Below are positions 48,055 through 57,603 of a stretch of DNA of 64,000 bases, in pieces. A model generated the notes under the pieces. It did no database searches. It saw nothing but the letters and a program-made list of their open reading frames with translations, and was not told where the DNA came from. Position 1 is the stretch's first letter, and each line of letters opens with the position of its first letter. Position numbers and translations under genes: made by a program. The stretch comes from a virus. Its lineage: Duplodnaviria; Caudoviricetes. The stretch covers positions 39,596-103,595 of the IMG/VR virus record IMGVR_UViG_3300021256_004135. The stretch is one strand, 5' to 3'.

Positions 48055-49287
48055 CTACTGTTTTTTCTTCTCCTCGTACTTCTTCACATTGTAAACCATA
48101 TACTGTACAATACTTCTGTCGAAGCATTCGCTGATTTCTTGATGAGTCATTCCTATCTGTTCAAGAATACAGCAAGTCAAAAGGACTTTGCACTTCTGTG
48201 TAAGTATTATCAGTTCATTTATTTCCGTCACAACCGATGGACTATCATCAATATACAGATGCGAATACACATCCCTCGTGTCCTTCAACACATCCGCATT
48301 GATATTGCATTCCTTTATCGCATCAATATCGTCGAAACGCTTAATTAACTCTTCCCACTTTCTGTTGCCAACGCCCTCTGTTCCTTTAAGGAACCGCTGA
48401 TAATACCCTTCCAATGCCTGGGCCACAATCACAAAGTCTGGTGCATCAAATTCATTGACGTTCAGCGAAGTCAACAGATACTTTGTCAGCGTGGATATTT
48501 TATCATATACAGAATGATAATTGGCATAGAAAGTAGGTATTCTATCCACCAATTTCCTTAATGGTATCAGTGGCATATCAAATGGTTTGACCGACGGTGA
48601 GGCCACAAAAACCAGTTTATACGATTCGTCATCCCCGTTCCTTTTGTAGTAGATTTTTGATGGCTGTTGCTTGCTGAACATGGCCAACGACAAGAACTGG
48701 GCAAACTCACGGATTTGATTATTGAAAGTTCGTATAGACAACGGCTTATCCGAGACAATGAGGTATTGAGTCTCTTTTTGAGCGGAAAACACATCTGTTG
48801 ACTGCCGGCACCAAGTCCTATCAGCAATTTTGTATGTCAAGCCATCTCCCAAATCTCCCTGAACATACACATGGTCTTTCCCATATTCGATGGTAAAGAC
48901 CTTGTTTTCCTCATCCTGCGGAACCCACATCATGGATGCTTCCGTCCATTTTTGAAAGTAAGGAAACTCCGCATGGCACTCATCAAAGAATGGTTCATCG
49001 AGGGATTGGATGTGTGCGCCTTCAATGACATATCTTACATTGAATGATACGGATGAGCCGACAACCCATTGCTGCAAAGTGAGGCCAAACAGAGTGATGG
49101 GAGTATCCCACTTAATTTGCCCCCAATAAACCGCAACACTCTCGAAACGGCTATTACCATTGAGATCTCCTTGCAATGTCAGAACACAATGGTTATTATC
49201 ATCAATAGTCAGAGTACCCTCATGTCGACTGGCCTCATTCCCAGTCGGCAACCACCACGTGCCTTTGTATGTCCTTGGTTTAGCCAT
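48055..49287 (-). CDS. ApeA-like N-terminal domain plus HEPN ribonuclease
   Basis: GTWWLP..GTL N-terminus; QALEGY and RDVYSH (Rx4H) HEPN motif. Confidence 0.75.
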   Translation of the reverse strand: MAKPRTYKGTWWLPTGNEASRHEGTLTIDDNNHCVLTLQGDLNGNSRFESVAVYWGQIKWDTPITLFGLTLQQWVVGSSVSFNVRYVIEGAHIQSLDEPFFDECHAEFPYFQKWTEASMMWVPQDEENKVFTIEYGKDHVYVQGDLGDGLTYKIADRTWCRQSTDVFSAQKETQYLIVSDKPLSIRTFNNQIREFAQFLSLAMFSKQQPSKIYYKRNGDDESYKLVFVASPSVKPFDMPLIPLRKLVDRIPTFYANYHSVYDKISTLTKYLLTSLNVNEFDAPDFVIVAQALEGYYQRFLKGTEGVGNRKWEELIKRFDDIDAIKECNINADVLKDTRDVYSHLYIDDSPSVVTEINELIILTQKCKVLLTCCILEQIGMTHQEISECFDRSIVQYMVYNVKKYEEKKKQ

Positions 49288-50539
49288 CTACTTCCTTTTT
49301 CCCAGTCACATACTCGTATATGATGCTCTTCTTGTATTCTTTCAACTCCTCAATCTTCTGCTGCTTAATAGCGATGAGGCTATCTATCTCCGCACATTTT
49401 TCATCAAGATAATTGGCGATTTGATGTTGTTCAGAAAGAGGCAACGATAACGCATAAACAACACCCAACTCGTCTTTATTTATTTTAGGCATTTTAACCC
49501 TATCTTGTACAACTAAAGCAACTTGAGAAACAAACATCTCTGATAGCATGTAATACTTCTGATAATTGATGTCGTTCCGTGTCTCTATAGGATACATGTC
49601 AGCACTACAAAGTCCATCAAAAGGAGCTATTATTAGTTTGTTCAGTACAGGTCGTATTTTGGAATATACTATTTGCCCTTTATAAAAGAGATGATTGTCA
49701 CTTATAACATTGGATTCTTTTACAGACTTATAAAGCAATAATCTTCCGCTACCTTTTTCAATATTGTCAGGAGCAATTTGTGGATAGTCCAAATAGTCAT
49801 CGGGATGGACTAAATTCGCTTTAACTGACGCAACATCCTTAAATCGGCACACGTTCCAATGTTTCGGTATTTTTTCAATCCATTTAATGCCAGAGGATTT
49901 AAGTGGAACATTGGGATTGAGGCCACGGCTAATGGTTTCTGATATAAGCGACTGTTTATAGGCTTTCAGTTCCTCTACGAACTCTTCCTGCAAGGCTATT
50001 GCCTCGTCAATCTCAACACACTTCCTATCCAAGAACTCCGCAATACGTTGCTGCTCCTCTTTGAGTGGTAACACAACATAATACTTACGTAACTCCCCAT
50101 AACTTAAAGTCTGCCGCAACCCACGTCCCATACTATGAAAAGCCTTACAATTATCGTATGCCTTAAACAGATAAGTCAGAAATTCATTGCTTATGTTGAT
50201 TGTGGGACGAACAGCAATATATGTTGAAGTTATAACGCCATTTTCCTTGACCAATCCGACACGTTGACTTATAAGGTCGAATGACAGATTTAGTCCATTT
50301 ATGATAATATCACCTACCTTGACGATATTATAAGCCTCTAAAGTTTCTGGGTTATATTTGCTATCGCCATTACGCTTTGAAATAATTGTTCCCATTTTGA
50401 ATTGGAGAGCATTGTCTTCTTTGCCATCCGTATTCTTACAATCCACCTCTTTGATACAGGAAGCAATAAGGCTAACATTCCATTCTTTTGGTATCTCACC
50501 AATCCACGGTATTCCGCTATCTTTCATTGCCCTGCTCAT
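49280..50539 (-). CDS. hsdS: Type I R-M specificity subunit
   Basis: Two TRDs with repeated MKDSGIPWIGEIPKEW / LKSSGIKWIEKIPKHW and EQ..IA..LD spacers. Confidence 0.95.
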   Translation of the reverse strand: MSRAMKDSGIPWIGEIPKEWNVSLIASCIKEVDCKNTDGKEDNALQFKMGTIISKRNGDSKYNPETLEAYNIVKVGDIIINGLNLSFDLISQRVGLVKENGVITSTYIAVRPTINISNEFLTYLFKAYDNCKAFHSMGRGLRQTLSYGELRKYYVVLPLKEEQQRIAEFLDRKCVEIDEAIALQEEFVEELKAYKQSLISETISRGLNPNVPLKSSGIKWIEKIPKHWNVCRFKDVASVKANLVHPDDYLDYPQIAPDNIEKGSGRLLLYKSVKESNVISDNHLFYKGQIVYSKIRPVLNKLIIAPFDGLCSADMYPIETRNDINYQKYYMLSEMFVSQVALVVQDRVKMPKINKDELGVVYALSLPLSEQHQIANYLDEKCAEIDSLIAIKQQKIEELKEYKKSIIYEYVTGKKEVDG

Positions 50540-50543
50540 ACGC

Positions 50544-52253
50544 CTATCTCCCCATTATTTTGGTCATCAACTCCTGCTCACGCTGGTCAAGCTCTTGAAG
50601 GTGGACGAATATGTCTTCGCTCTTGCGTGGGGCAACGTACTTGTAGAACTCCCGTGTGAAGGGTATTTCGTAACCTATCTTGGTCTTCTTGGGGTCTATC
50701 TTGGCTTTGGGCAGGTAGGGATAGACATTCCGCTGCATATAGTCTTCAATGTCTTCTTTCCAAGGGATGGTTTCGGTGTCCTTGTCCTTGCCGTCAACCA
50801 CCGTCACCTTGCGGAACTTGAAATCATCGTTGTCCTTTATCTTGACTTCGACCTGCAAGTCACCATCTGCATACACTCCGTCCTTGAAGGCCAGATATGC
50901 TTTCCGCACAAGTGCAATGCAATCGTCTGTGAACTCGTTGCGCTTGTTTCCAATGGGTTTGCGGCGTTTCTGGCTGCAATGGCTGGCATCGATTAGCTGC
51001 ACTTTGCCGACACGCTGGGCAGACTTGTTCTTGGTGACAATCCAGATATATGTGGCAATACCCGTGTTGTAAAACATATCGTTGGGAATCTGCACGATTG
51101 CCTCCAACCAGTCGTTTTCCAGTAGATAGCCGCGAATCTCGCTCTCTCCGCTACCGGCATCACCCTTGAAGAGTGGGGAACCATTCTGAATGATAGCCAT
51201 GCGGCCAGTATCTTTCAACTTGGCAATGCCATTGAGCATAAAGAGCTGCTGGCTATCGCCGATGGCAGGAAGACCTGGGGCGAAACGTCCGGCAATACCC
51301 ATCTTGTTTTCGTCTTCCACTTTCTTCCGCTCGTTCTTCCACTCGATGCCGAAAGGAGGATTGGAAATGATATAGTCGAAGGTGTAACCAGCGAACTTGT
51401 CGTCTGACAGAGTGTTACCATGACGCATATTCTCAGCATTACCTCCCTTGATAAGCACATTCGACTTGGCGATAGCATAGGTCTGTTCGTTCAGTTCCTG
51501 GCCGAACTCCGTTAGTTGTGCGTCAGGATCAATCTCCGTCAGTTTCTCCGTAAGACAATCAAGCATCTGACTTGTACCCATAGCCATGTCATACATGGTG
51601 GCAGTAATACCGTCCTCGGCCAACTGGTCTCTGTTAGGAGCCACAAGCAGTTCGGCCATCAGATAGATGATGTCACGAGCGGTGAAATGCGCTCCGGCCT
51701 GCTCGTCGTAACTTTCAGAGAATTTCCGCACCAGCTCCTCGAATATATAGCCCATATCCACAGCAGAAATCTCATCTACTCCCATATAGGCTTTCTTCGT
51801 ACAAAACTCACTGACTACATTGTAGAGAATATTGTTGTTGTCGAGCTTGGTAATCTCCTTCTCAAAGTCAAACTTCTCGATGACATCGATAACATTCTTG
51901 GAGAATCCCTGCAGGTAGTTGCGGAGGTTGTCGGCGATGTTGTCGGCATCCGACAAAAGCCCTTCAAAGGTAAAACGTGAGGTGTTGTAGAACTGGTAGC
52001 CCGAAGCCTTACGCAACCATCCGTCCTGAACATCCAAGCCATCCTTATCGAGAGCGGCTTTTTTCTCCAATACAGCCTTCTTTGTCGGAGCAAGGGTGTC
52101 CGAGAAACGCTTGATAACGCACATTGGAAGTATGACGTTGCCATACTCGTGCGGTTTGTATGTTCCAACCAACTTATCGGCAATAGCCCAAATAAGGTTG
52201 GCTTTCTCTTGTATATTGACAGTAGTCTTCTTCTGTAATTCCTCGGTGGACAT
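50544..52253 (-). CDS. hsdM: Type I R-M methyltransferase subunit
   Basis: IWAIAD, GAHFTAR, GQELN, SNPPFG, MFYNTGI. Confidence 0.95.
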   Translation of the reverse strand: MSTEELQKKTTVNIQEKANLIWAIADKLVGTYKPHEYGNVILPMCVIKRFSDTLAPTKKAVLEKKAALDKDGLDVQDGWLRKASGYQFYNTSRFTFEGLLSDADNIADNLRNYLQGFSKNVIDVIEKFDFEKEITKLDNNNILYNVVSEFCTKKAYMGVDEISAVDMGYIFEELVRKFSESYDEQAGAHFTARDIIYLMAELLVAPNRDQLAEDGITATMYDMAMGTSQMLDCLTEKLTEIDPDAQLTEFGQELNEQTYAIAKSNVLIKGGNAENMRHGNTLSDDKFAGYTFDYIISNPPFGIEWKNERKKVEDENKMGIAGRFAPGLPAIGDSQQLFMLNGIAKLKDTGRMAIIQNGSPLFKGDAGSGESEIRGYLLENDWLEAIVQIPNDMFYNTGIATYIWIVTKNKSAQRVGKVQLIDASHCSQKRRKPIGNKRNEFTDDCIALVRKAYLAFKDGVYADGDLQVEVKIKDNDDFKFRKVTVVDGKDKDTETIPWKEDIEDYMQRNVYPYLPKAKIDPKKTKIGYEIPFTREFYKYVAPRKSEDIFVHLQELDQREQELMTKIMGR

Positions 52254-52269
52254 TTTTTGCTTCGTTTGG

Positions 52270-52542
52270 TTACTTAATCATTCCCATGAACTCCTTGGCC
52301 GGTTTGAACCGAGGAATCTTGTGTGCCGGAATGACCACGGAGGTGTTCTTGCTGATATTGCGGCCAATCTTCTCCTTGCGCTCCACGATGTGGAAGGTGC
52401 CGAAGCCACGGAGATAGACGTTCTCGCCATTGGCCATATTCTCCTTGATGGAAGCCATCACTTCCTCGACAATGGCCATCACAGCCACTTTCTCAATGCC
52501 TGTCTTCTCGTTGATACGATTTACGATTTCTGCTTTAGTCAT
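52270..52542 (-). CDS. HU/IHF family DNA-binding protein
   Basis: MTKAEIV...VYLRGFGTF...GRNISKN..IPAH..P.FKP. Confidence 0.9.
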   Translation of the reverse strand: MTKAEIVNRINEKTGIEKVAVMAIVEEVMASIKENMANGENVYLRGFGTFHIVERKEKIGRNISKNTSVVIPAHKIPRFKPAKEFMGMIK

Positions 52543-52744
52543 TTCTGTATTGTTTTTATAATTCGCTTGTTAATAATTTTGGTATCTTTCATAAATTGTC
52601 AATTAAGGCACACAATATCAGCATAATTACAATGCGATACCGTGTACAATAACGCAAATGCAAAGATACGTTTTTTTCTCCACATGGCCAAGTTTATTTT
52701 TGCAACTGACAATCATCACGATATAAACGGCTGTCAATTAGAGG

Positions 52745-52771
52745 AAAGGGGGGCGTTCAAGCGCCCCCTTC
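52745..52771 (-). terminator. Hairpin terminator at the yopX stop
   Basis: gggggcg-N6-cgccccc followed by a short T-run on minus. Confidence 0.5.
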
Positions 52772-53269
52772 CGCATCCTTCCGCGCATCTTCCTCCGAAG
52801 GCGCGCCGCTCTCCTCAAAGCGGTTCCATCCTGGAGCGGCCTCTTTCAGTACCGAATCGGGGATGGAAATGTCAAAATAGAAATCCGCGCTGCCGCTGTT
52901 TTTCAACACGTTCCCCACGACCCTGGCACGTGTGTTCACGAAGTTCACGTAAATATCGAGGAGCGTCACCATCTGCCGTGTGTCCAGATACTGGGCAAAG
53001 AGTTCCATCCCTTTGGGGAGTAAACGGACGCGCATCTTTCTGCCGTTGTCCAGCAGCAGGATGTCATTCTCATAAATCTCCCTTCCGTTTTTGTCATAGT
53101 AGCCTGTGGCAAAGCCCACGGAACGCGGCTCCATTTCTGTCATCCGCGTCTCGTTTCCGCAGCCGGTCTGCACAATCCAGCTCCTCTCCTCCGAGTCCAC
53201 CAGTGAGCCGTACACCCACTCATTGCCGTTGAGAACACGGCCTCTGAATCTGTAATAACTTCGATACAT
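52757..53269 (-). CDS. YopX family phage protein
   Basis: FRG...WVYGSL...TG..DKNGREIYENDI...VVGNV. Confidence 0.85.
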   Translation of the reverse strand: MYRSYYRFRGRVLNGNEWVYGSLVDSEERSWIVQTGCGNETRMTEMEPRSVGFATGYYDKNGREIYENDILLLDNGRKMRVRLLPKGMELFAQYLDTRQMVTLLDIYVNFVNTRARVVGNVLKNSGSADFYFDISIPDSVLKEAAPGWNRFEESGAPSEEDARKDAEGGA

Positions 53270-53301
53270 TTTTCTGTCTTTTTTTGTTGTTAATCATTTC
53301 A

Positions 53302-54840
53302 TTAAAAGAGTTTCAGTTGTTCATTCACCGGCGGCTCCGTATCCACGAAAAGCCGCTTGAAGATGTGGTAGAGGACGTTCACGACGATGCTGTTGCCAGC
53401 CATTTTTGCGAGCTGCGTCTTGGGTATTCCCACAGAGAGCAGTTTGTCTATCTTGCTGTCATCCACGTCCATCAGACGAAAGAGTTCCCTCGGCGTGAGC
53501 CTTCGGATGCGGACGCACTTGATGCGTCTGTTTCCCTGGTTGTCCTCCACGATGTACTCCAGCACCCCCATTTGCCTATGGCCTCCAACCGGCTCGGTGA
53601 TATGGCTGGCACAGTCATGGCCGGTGGTGATAGTGGAGGCATTACCCTCACTGTCACCGTTGAGCAGGATCTGCTCTTTGACGTAGTTCTGCATATTGCT
53701 TCCCTTCTCGGATGTCACGCAGTTGGCCACATCCACGGGATGACGGTCTGTCACGTTGCCGTGTTCGTCGCGGCTCCAACCGAGGACGCTGCGCTCCACG
53801 ACCATATTGGTCTCGGTATAGGCCGATGCCTTCACCGAGGGAGCCTCCTTGTCAAACTCGCCGCCCTGGTAGTAGCCGTGGGGGAGAGCCATGATACTGC
53901 GCTCCATCAAGAGGTTATCCTTGGCGATGTTGCTGGTCAGCGTGTTGTACAAGCCGTCCTCGCGTGGCCGCAATTCCTTCCGACCCCATTTCAGACCGTG
54001 GTCGCCACCGTGTCGATGGCGTTCCTCCCTCATCTCCTCCGTCCTCACCTGCGACAGCATGGCTGGCTCGGCGATGAAGTTGTCCGTCTTCCTCGACCCC
54101 GTGGTGGCGAGAACGGCACTCGACGTGTCGCACTCGTCTGGGTCTTTTGGCATAAAGCCGAAGCCGTTGCCTCGACCGCTCTCCTTCTCGGTGCTGGCCA
54201 GAAGGTTGCGGATGCGCTCCTCGGAGAGGTAGTAACTCTCATCGACCTCCTTCTCCAGCAGGTCTTTCAGACGGCGTTCCAGTTTCACTTTCTTTGGGAA
54301 GTAGTACGGCTCACCCTCGCCGTAGACGCTCACCATGAACACTCGGTTGCGGTTCTGCGGCACACCGTAGTGCTTGGCGTTGAGACATCTCCAGTAGTTG
54401 CGGTAGCCGAACAGTTGCAGTACCTTTCCCCACGCCTGGAAGGTGTCGAAGAACTTGTCGCTGACCAGAGCGGGGACGTTCTCAAAGAGGAGGTACTTGG
54501 GTTTCAGCACGCCGATGGCGCGCTCGCACTCCCACAGCAGGCCGCTGCGTGTGCCGCTGCCCTTGGCTCCGCCTTGCTGCTTGCCAGCCTGCGAGAAATC
54601 CTGGCAAGGAGAGGAATAGGTCAGCAAGTCAATCTTTTGCTTGATGTTCGACCAGATGACTCCGCTCACATCGCCGAGGTTTCTGTCCGCCCATTGAGGA
54701 AAGAGGGTGTCGTGCGCTTTGATGGCGTGGCGGTCCACCTCGCACCAGCCGACAAGCTCGTATGGTATGCCCAGCCGCTCCAGAGCCAGACATTGGCTGT
54801 CGTAGCCGGAGAAGAGGGTTATAACATTCAGTTTCTTCAT
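53302..54840 (-). CDS. Phage DNA (cytosine-5) methyltransferase with long variable region
   Basis: LFSGYD, SPCQDFS, FENV, PQNRNRVF, RRLTPRE, AGNSI. Confidence 0.92.
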   Translation of the reverse strand: MKKLNVITLFSGYDSQCLALERLGIPYELVGWCEVDRHAIKAHDTLFPQWADRNLGDVSGVIWSNIKQKIDLLTYSSPCQDFSQAGKQQGGAKGSGTRSGLLWECERAIGVLKPKYLLFENVPALVSDKFFDTFQAWGKVLQLFGYRNYWRCLNAKHYGVPQNRNRVFMVSVYGEGEPYYFPKKVKLERRLKDLLEKEVDESYYLSEERIRNLLASTEKESGRGNGFGFMPKDPDECDTSSAVLATTGSRKTDNFIAEPAMLSQVRTEEMREERHRHGGDHGLKWGRKELRPREDGLYNTLTSNIAKDNLLMERSIMALPHGYYQGGEFDKEAPSVKASAYTETNMVVERSVLGWSRDEHGNVTDRHPVDVANCVTSEKGSNMQNYVKEQILLNGDSEGNASTITTGHDCASHITEPVGGHRQMGVLEYIVEDNQGNRRIKCVRIRRLTPRELFRLMDVDDSKIDKLLSVGIPKTQLAKMAGNSIVVNVLYHIFKRLFVDTEPPVNEQLKLF

Positions 54841-54875
54841 CTTGTAGTCTTTCAAATCGGTTCATGGTTTGCAAA

Positions 54876-55025
54876 TCAAGGGTTTGTTGTGGTGTTGTTC
54901 TTCCGCCTTCCGTAGTAGAGGCAGCAGTAGCCTGCAGGGTGTACGCGCTTGGTGAGAGCGCAGAAGGAGGTAAGGAATCCATTGTACCGCCCATAGAGGC
55001 AGTTGGTGCATCGGTGGGGTGTCAT
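54876..55025 (-). CDS. 49-aa Cys-rich protein (not in ORF track)
   Basis: MTPHRCTNCLYG...FC...YCC; ATGA overlap with the upstream gene and GGAGG. Confidence 0.5.
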   Translation of the reverse strand: MTPHRCTNCLYGRYNGFLTSFCALTKRVHPAGYCCLYYGRRKNNTTTNP

Positions 55026-55423
55026 GCCGCGCCTCCTCTCTGCATCCGCATCTGATATTCCGTCATGCCGGTGTACGAGTCCTTCGGCTCTTCAAACATC
55101 GTGCTGCGCCGGTGAAGGGCGGCAGAGGGGAAAACCTTGCCGATGACCCTTATGCAGATGCCCTCGCTCTTATGGGTGGCTTCCATGATGTCCTCCAGAT
55201 ACCATCCCTGGATATACATCCGCAGAATCCGGCTTGCCACCCCGCGCTCCAAGTCAAAAGGCTCCTGCTTCCTCACGTCCAGCAGTCCTCTCGCGTAGAG
55301 GACGTTGTAGACCATGTTGTACGGCACTCGGAGACGCTTGGCAATGTCGCCGATGGTCATCTCCTTGTAGTTGCGGAGGATGAAATTCCGCTTGTATGAT
55401 GTCAATGGTTTTTGCTTGCTCAT
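55022..55423 (-). CDS. HTH-containing phage protein
   Basis: MTIGDIAKRLRVPYNMVYNVL. Confidence 0.65.
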   Translation of the reverse strand: MSKQKPLTSYKRNFILRNYKEMTIGDIAKRLRVPYNMVYNVLYARGLLDVRKQEPFDLERGVASRILRMYIQGWYLEDIMEATHKSEGICIRVIGKVFPSAALHRRSTMFEEPKDSYTGMTEYQMRMQRGGAA

Positions 55424-55474
55424 TCTGTGTCATGCTTTTGAGTGTTGGTGAAAATGTGTTGTTTGCGCGCTCCG

Positions 55475-56323
55475 TCAGACGCGGTAACTCGGCTGCTCGC
55501 CGTCGTAGCGGATGGTGTTGCACATCTCGCGCAGCCGGTCGAAGATGCGGTCGCCGTAGGTCTTCTGCAACTCGTCCACCTCCATGCCCTGACTGTCGGC
55601 CACCACGGAGAGGTTGGTTGTGATGACGGTGAAGAGGCGGCTGCTGTAACGTGCCGCTATCAGTTCCGCCAAAGGTGAGAACTCATTGCCGTAGCTCTTG
55701 ACGATGATAGCCTCCGTGCCGAGGTCGTCGATGCCGAGCAACTTGCACCGCTTCAAGCCGTTGAACTCCGCAGGGCTGTTCTTGCCCAGTGCGGCAATCT
55801 CGCGTGCGTCAGCCACGGTCATCACCTCGTTGGTAAGGAGATAGAGCATCCTCTTTACGGCGAGCATCATGGTGGTCTTACCCACTCCGATGTATCCGCG
55901 CAGCATCAGCCCAGGCTTGGGCAGAGTGACGAGCCACCGCCCCACGGAGCGCAGCACGGCACGGGTGTAGCCGTCATCCTTCATCGTGCATCCTCTCCGC
56001 TGAACCTCTCCGACATAGGCCACCCGAAGGTACTGCTCGGCGACCTCCGCCGTCATGTCCAGACGGACGGGCGGTTCGGCCTTGCAGCTCATACTGACCT
56101 GACCTGCGAACCATTCCAGTGAGCGTTCCGAGGCTTGCTTCTCGTTCTGCGACACCATCTTCCAGTATTTCTCGCGGTAGGCTTTGGCCTCCTCCTCGCT
56201 CTTCTTGCGCTGACGCTCCCGCTCTTCTTGATCCTGACGATACCATTCGCCGAACTTCCGCTTCGCCTCCAGTTCCTCTTCGGTCATCTCCTCCGGCTTC
56301 TTGGTGGCGATGGCGTGTTCCAT
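55475..56323 (-). CDS. DnaC/IstB-like AAA+ ATPase (helicase loader)
   Basis: GYIGVGKT, LGIDDLG, ITTNL, YGDRIFDRLREMC. Confidence 0.88.
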   Translation of the reverse strand: MEHAIATKKPEEMTEEELEAKRKFGEWYRQDQEERERQRKKSEEEAKAYREKYWKMVSQNEKQASERSLEWFAGQVSMSCKAEPPVRLDMTAEVAEQYLRVAYVGEVQRRGCTMKDDGYTRAVLRSVGRWLVTLPKPGLMLRGYIGVGKTTMMLAVKRMLYLLTNEVMTVADAREIAALGKNSPAEFNGLKRCKLLGIDDLGTEAIIVKSYGNEFSPLAELIAARYSSRLFTVITTNLSVVADSQGMEVDELQKTYGDRIFDRLREMCNTIRYDGEQPSYRV

Positions 56324-56330
56324 CTCTCGG

Positions 56331-57224
56331 CTAAATGTCGGTCTGCATACCCTTGTTGGCGGGCTTGGTGACAGTTCCGAGGCCGAGTCTTGATTCGGTT
56401 GTGTTTGTTGTGTTTCCATCTTTTGTTGGCATTTCTTTGTTGTCGAAGTTGCCGGACATAACCTTGTCAAAATTGTTGGGCTTGATGAGCCAGTCGAAAT
56501 TGAACCACGACTGTCCGTCAAGGTATTCCGAGGCGCACACAATATCGATGGCCTGCATGAATGCCCTTTTGCCGTACATGCGTATTCTCGCCCTGACCAT
56601 TTTGCGGCGGTTGTTCTCGATGAAGAGAATCCTTCCGAAACGCCCTTTCGTCTTCCTGTTCCAGTATTCCGCCAACTTCCCGTAATCTATTTGAAGTTTT
56701 ATGTCCTCCTCATTCTCCGGCGAAGGAGGAGCGTCGGGCATCAAGCCCGACATATCTTCTCCACCGTTAGGGGGAGAAGATTCAAAACCTTCTTTATTAT
56801 TCTTATATTCTTGTTTGTTGTTGTTGGTTTGTTGCTCGTTTGTTGTTGGTTTGTTGCCCGTTTGTTGATTTGCTTGTTGATTTGCTTGTTGCTGCGGCAC
56901 AGCCACCCCTTGGTATCTCTCATAATTACAGACGGTTATTATAGTGAATTTGTTTGTTGTTTTGCATGTTATTTCGCCTGTTGATTTGAGGTGTTCCATG
57001 GCAGTCCTTACCTGCTGGGTCGTCAGTTTCGTGTCCTGCTCGATACGCTGGGAACTGGTGACAAAAGAGCCCCGCTTGACCTCATATCCCCTCCACCGCT
57101 GGTCTGCGGCGTTTGCCATCAAGAGGAAATAAGAGAACAGCCGGTAGCAGATGATGTCTTCCCACCACTCCCATTTGAGGATTTTTCTGTGGAACTTTAT
57201 CCATCCCTCTTCGTTGGCAGCCAT
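56331..57224 (-). CDS. Phage replication initiator
   Basis: GWIKFHRKIL N-domain, Q/N-rich linker, FDWLIKPNNFDKVMSGNF C-domain; followed by the loader. Confidence 0.8.
   Translation of the reverse strand: MAANEEGWIKFHRKILKWEWWEDIICYRLFSYFLLMANAADQRWRGYEVKRGSFVTSSQRIEQDTKLTTQQVRTAMEHLKSTGEITCKTTNKFTIITVCNYERYQGVAVPQQQANQQANQQTGNKPTTNEQQTNNNKQEYKNNKEGFESSPPNGGEDMSGLMPDAPPSPENEEDIKLQIDYGKLAEYWNRKTKGRFGRILFIENNRRKMVRARIRMYGKRAFMQAIDIVCASEYLDGQSWFNFDWLIKPNNFDKVMSGNFDNKEMPTKDGNTTNTTESRLGLGTVTKPANKGMQTDI
56811..56892. repeat. Short TTTGTTG-based tandem repeats, candidate origin iterons
   Basis: ttgttgttggtttgttgc twice and gatttgcttgtt twice inside the initiator gene. Confidence 0.55.
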
Positions 57225-57225
57225 A

Positions 57226-57570
57226 CTACACCTCCTTTCCAGGACGGCGCAGCGAAATCCATTTGCCAAGGTCGGTGATGGTGACGACCATTCCCTCTCC
57301 GAGCCTCATTACAATGATGTCTCTCGTGATTACCAGTTTCAGCAATGCGTCGTCCAAGTCCGCGAGTTTCATATTGGCCTCCTTCGCCAACTGCTCCACG
57401 CTGGTAACGAAAGAGCCTTCCTTGACGACAACACCGCCGATGGTCTGGTCTTCGCGGTTGGCGAGGAAGGCACACGTCAGGTAGAGGCTGAAAGCGTTCT
57501 TGTCTTTCCACCACATCCATTTGGTTATTCCTTTGCGGACCCATATACATCCGTTGTTCTGCTTATCCAT
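57226..57570 (-). CDS. Stand-alone paralogue of the initiator N-terminal domain
   Basis: GCIWVRKGITKWMWWKD...AN..DQ..G..VK.GSFVTS aligns with the initiator. Confidence 0.7.
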   Translation of the reverse strand: MDKQNNGCIWVRKGITKWMWWKDKNAFSLYLTCAFLANREDQTIGGVVVKEGSFVTSVEQLAKEANMKLADLDDALLKLVITRDIIVMRLGEGMVVTITDLGKWISLRRPGKEV

Positions 57571-57603
57571 TGTTCTGTTCCTTTCTTGATTGAGGTTGAT
57601 TGA

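Noticed and set aside
49280-50539. Phase-variable (shufflon) hsdS
   Set aside because: Only one hsdS; no silent TRD copies or adjacent invertase found
53284-54915. 543-aa plus-strand ORF, and similar long antisense ORFs at 9384-10292, 15137-16309, 27971-29200, 46595-47653 and 59748-60659
   Set aside because: Antisense shadows of well-supported minus-strand genes; no motifs of their own
56811-56892. Short repeats as a possible CRISPR array
   Set aside because: Units are short, lack unique spacers and lie inside a CDS; no cas genes in the window
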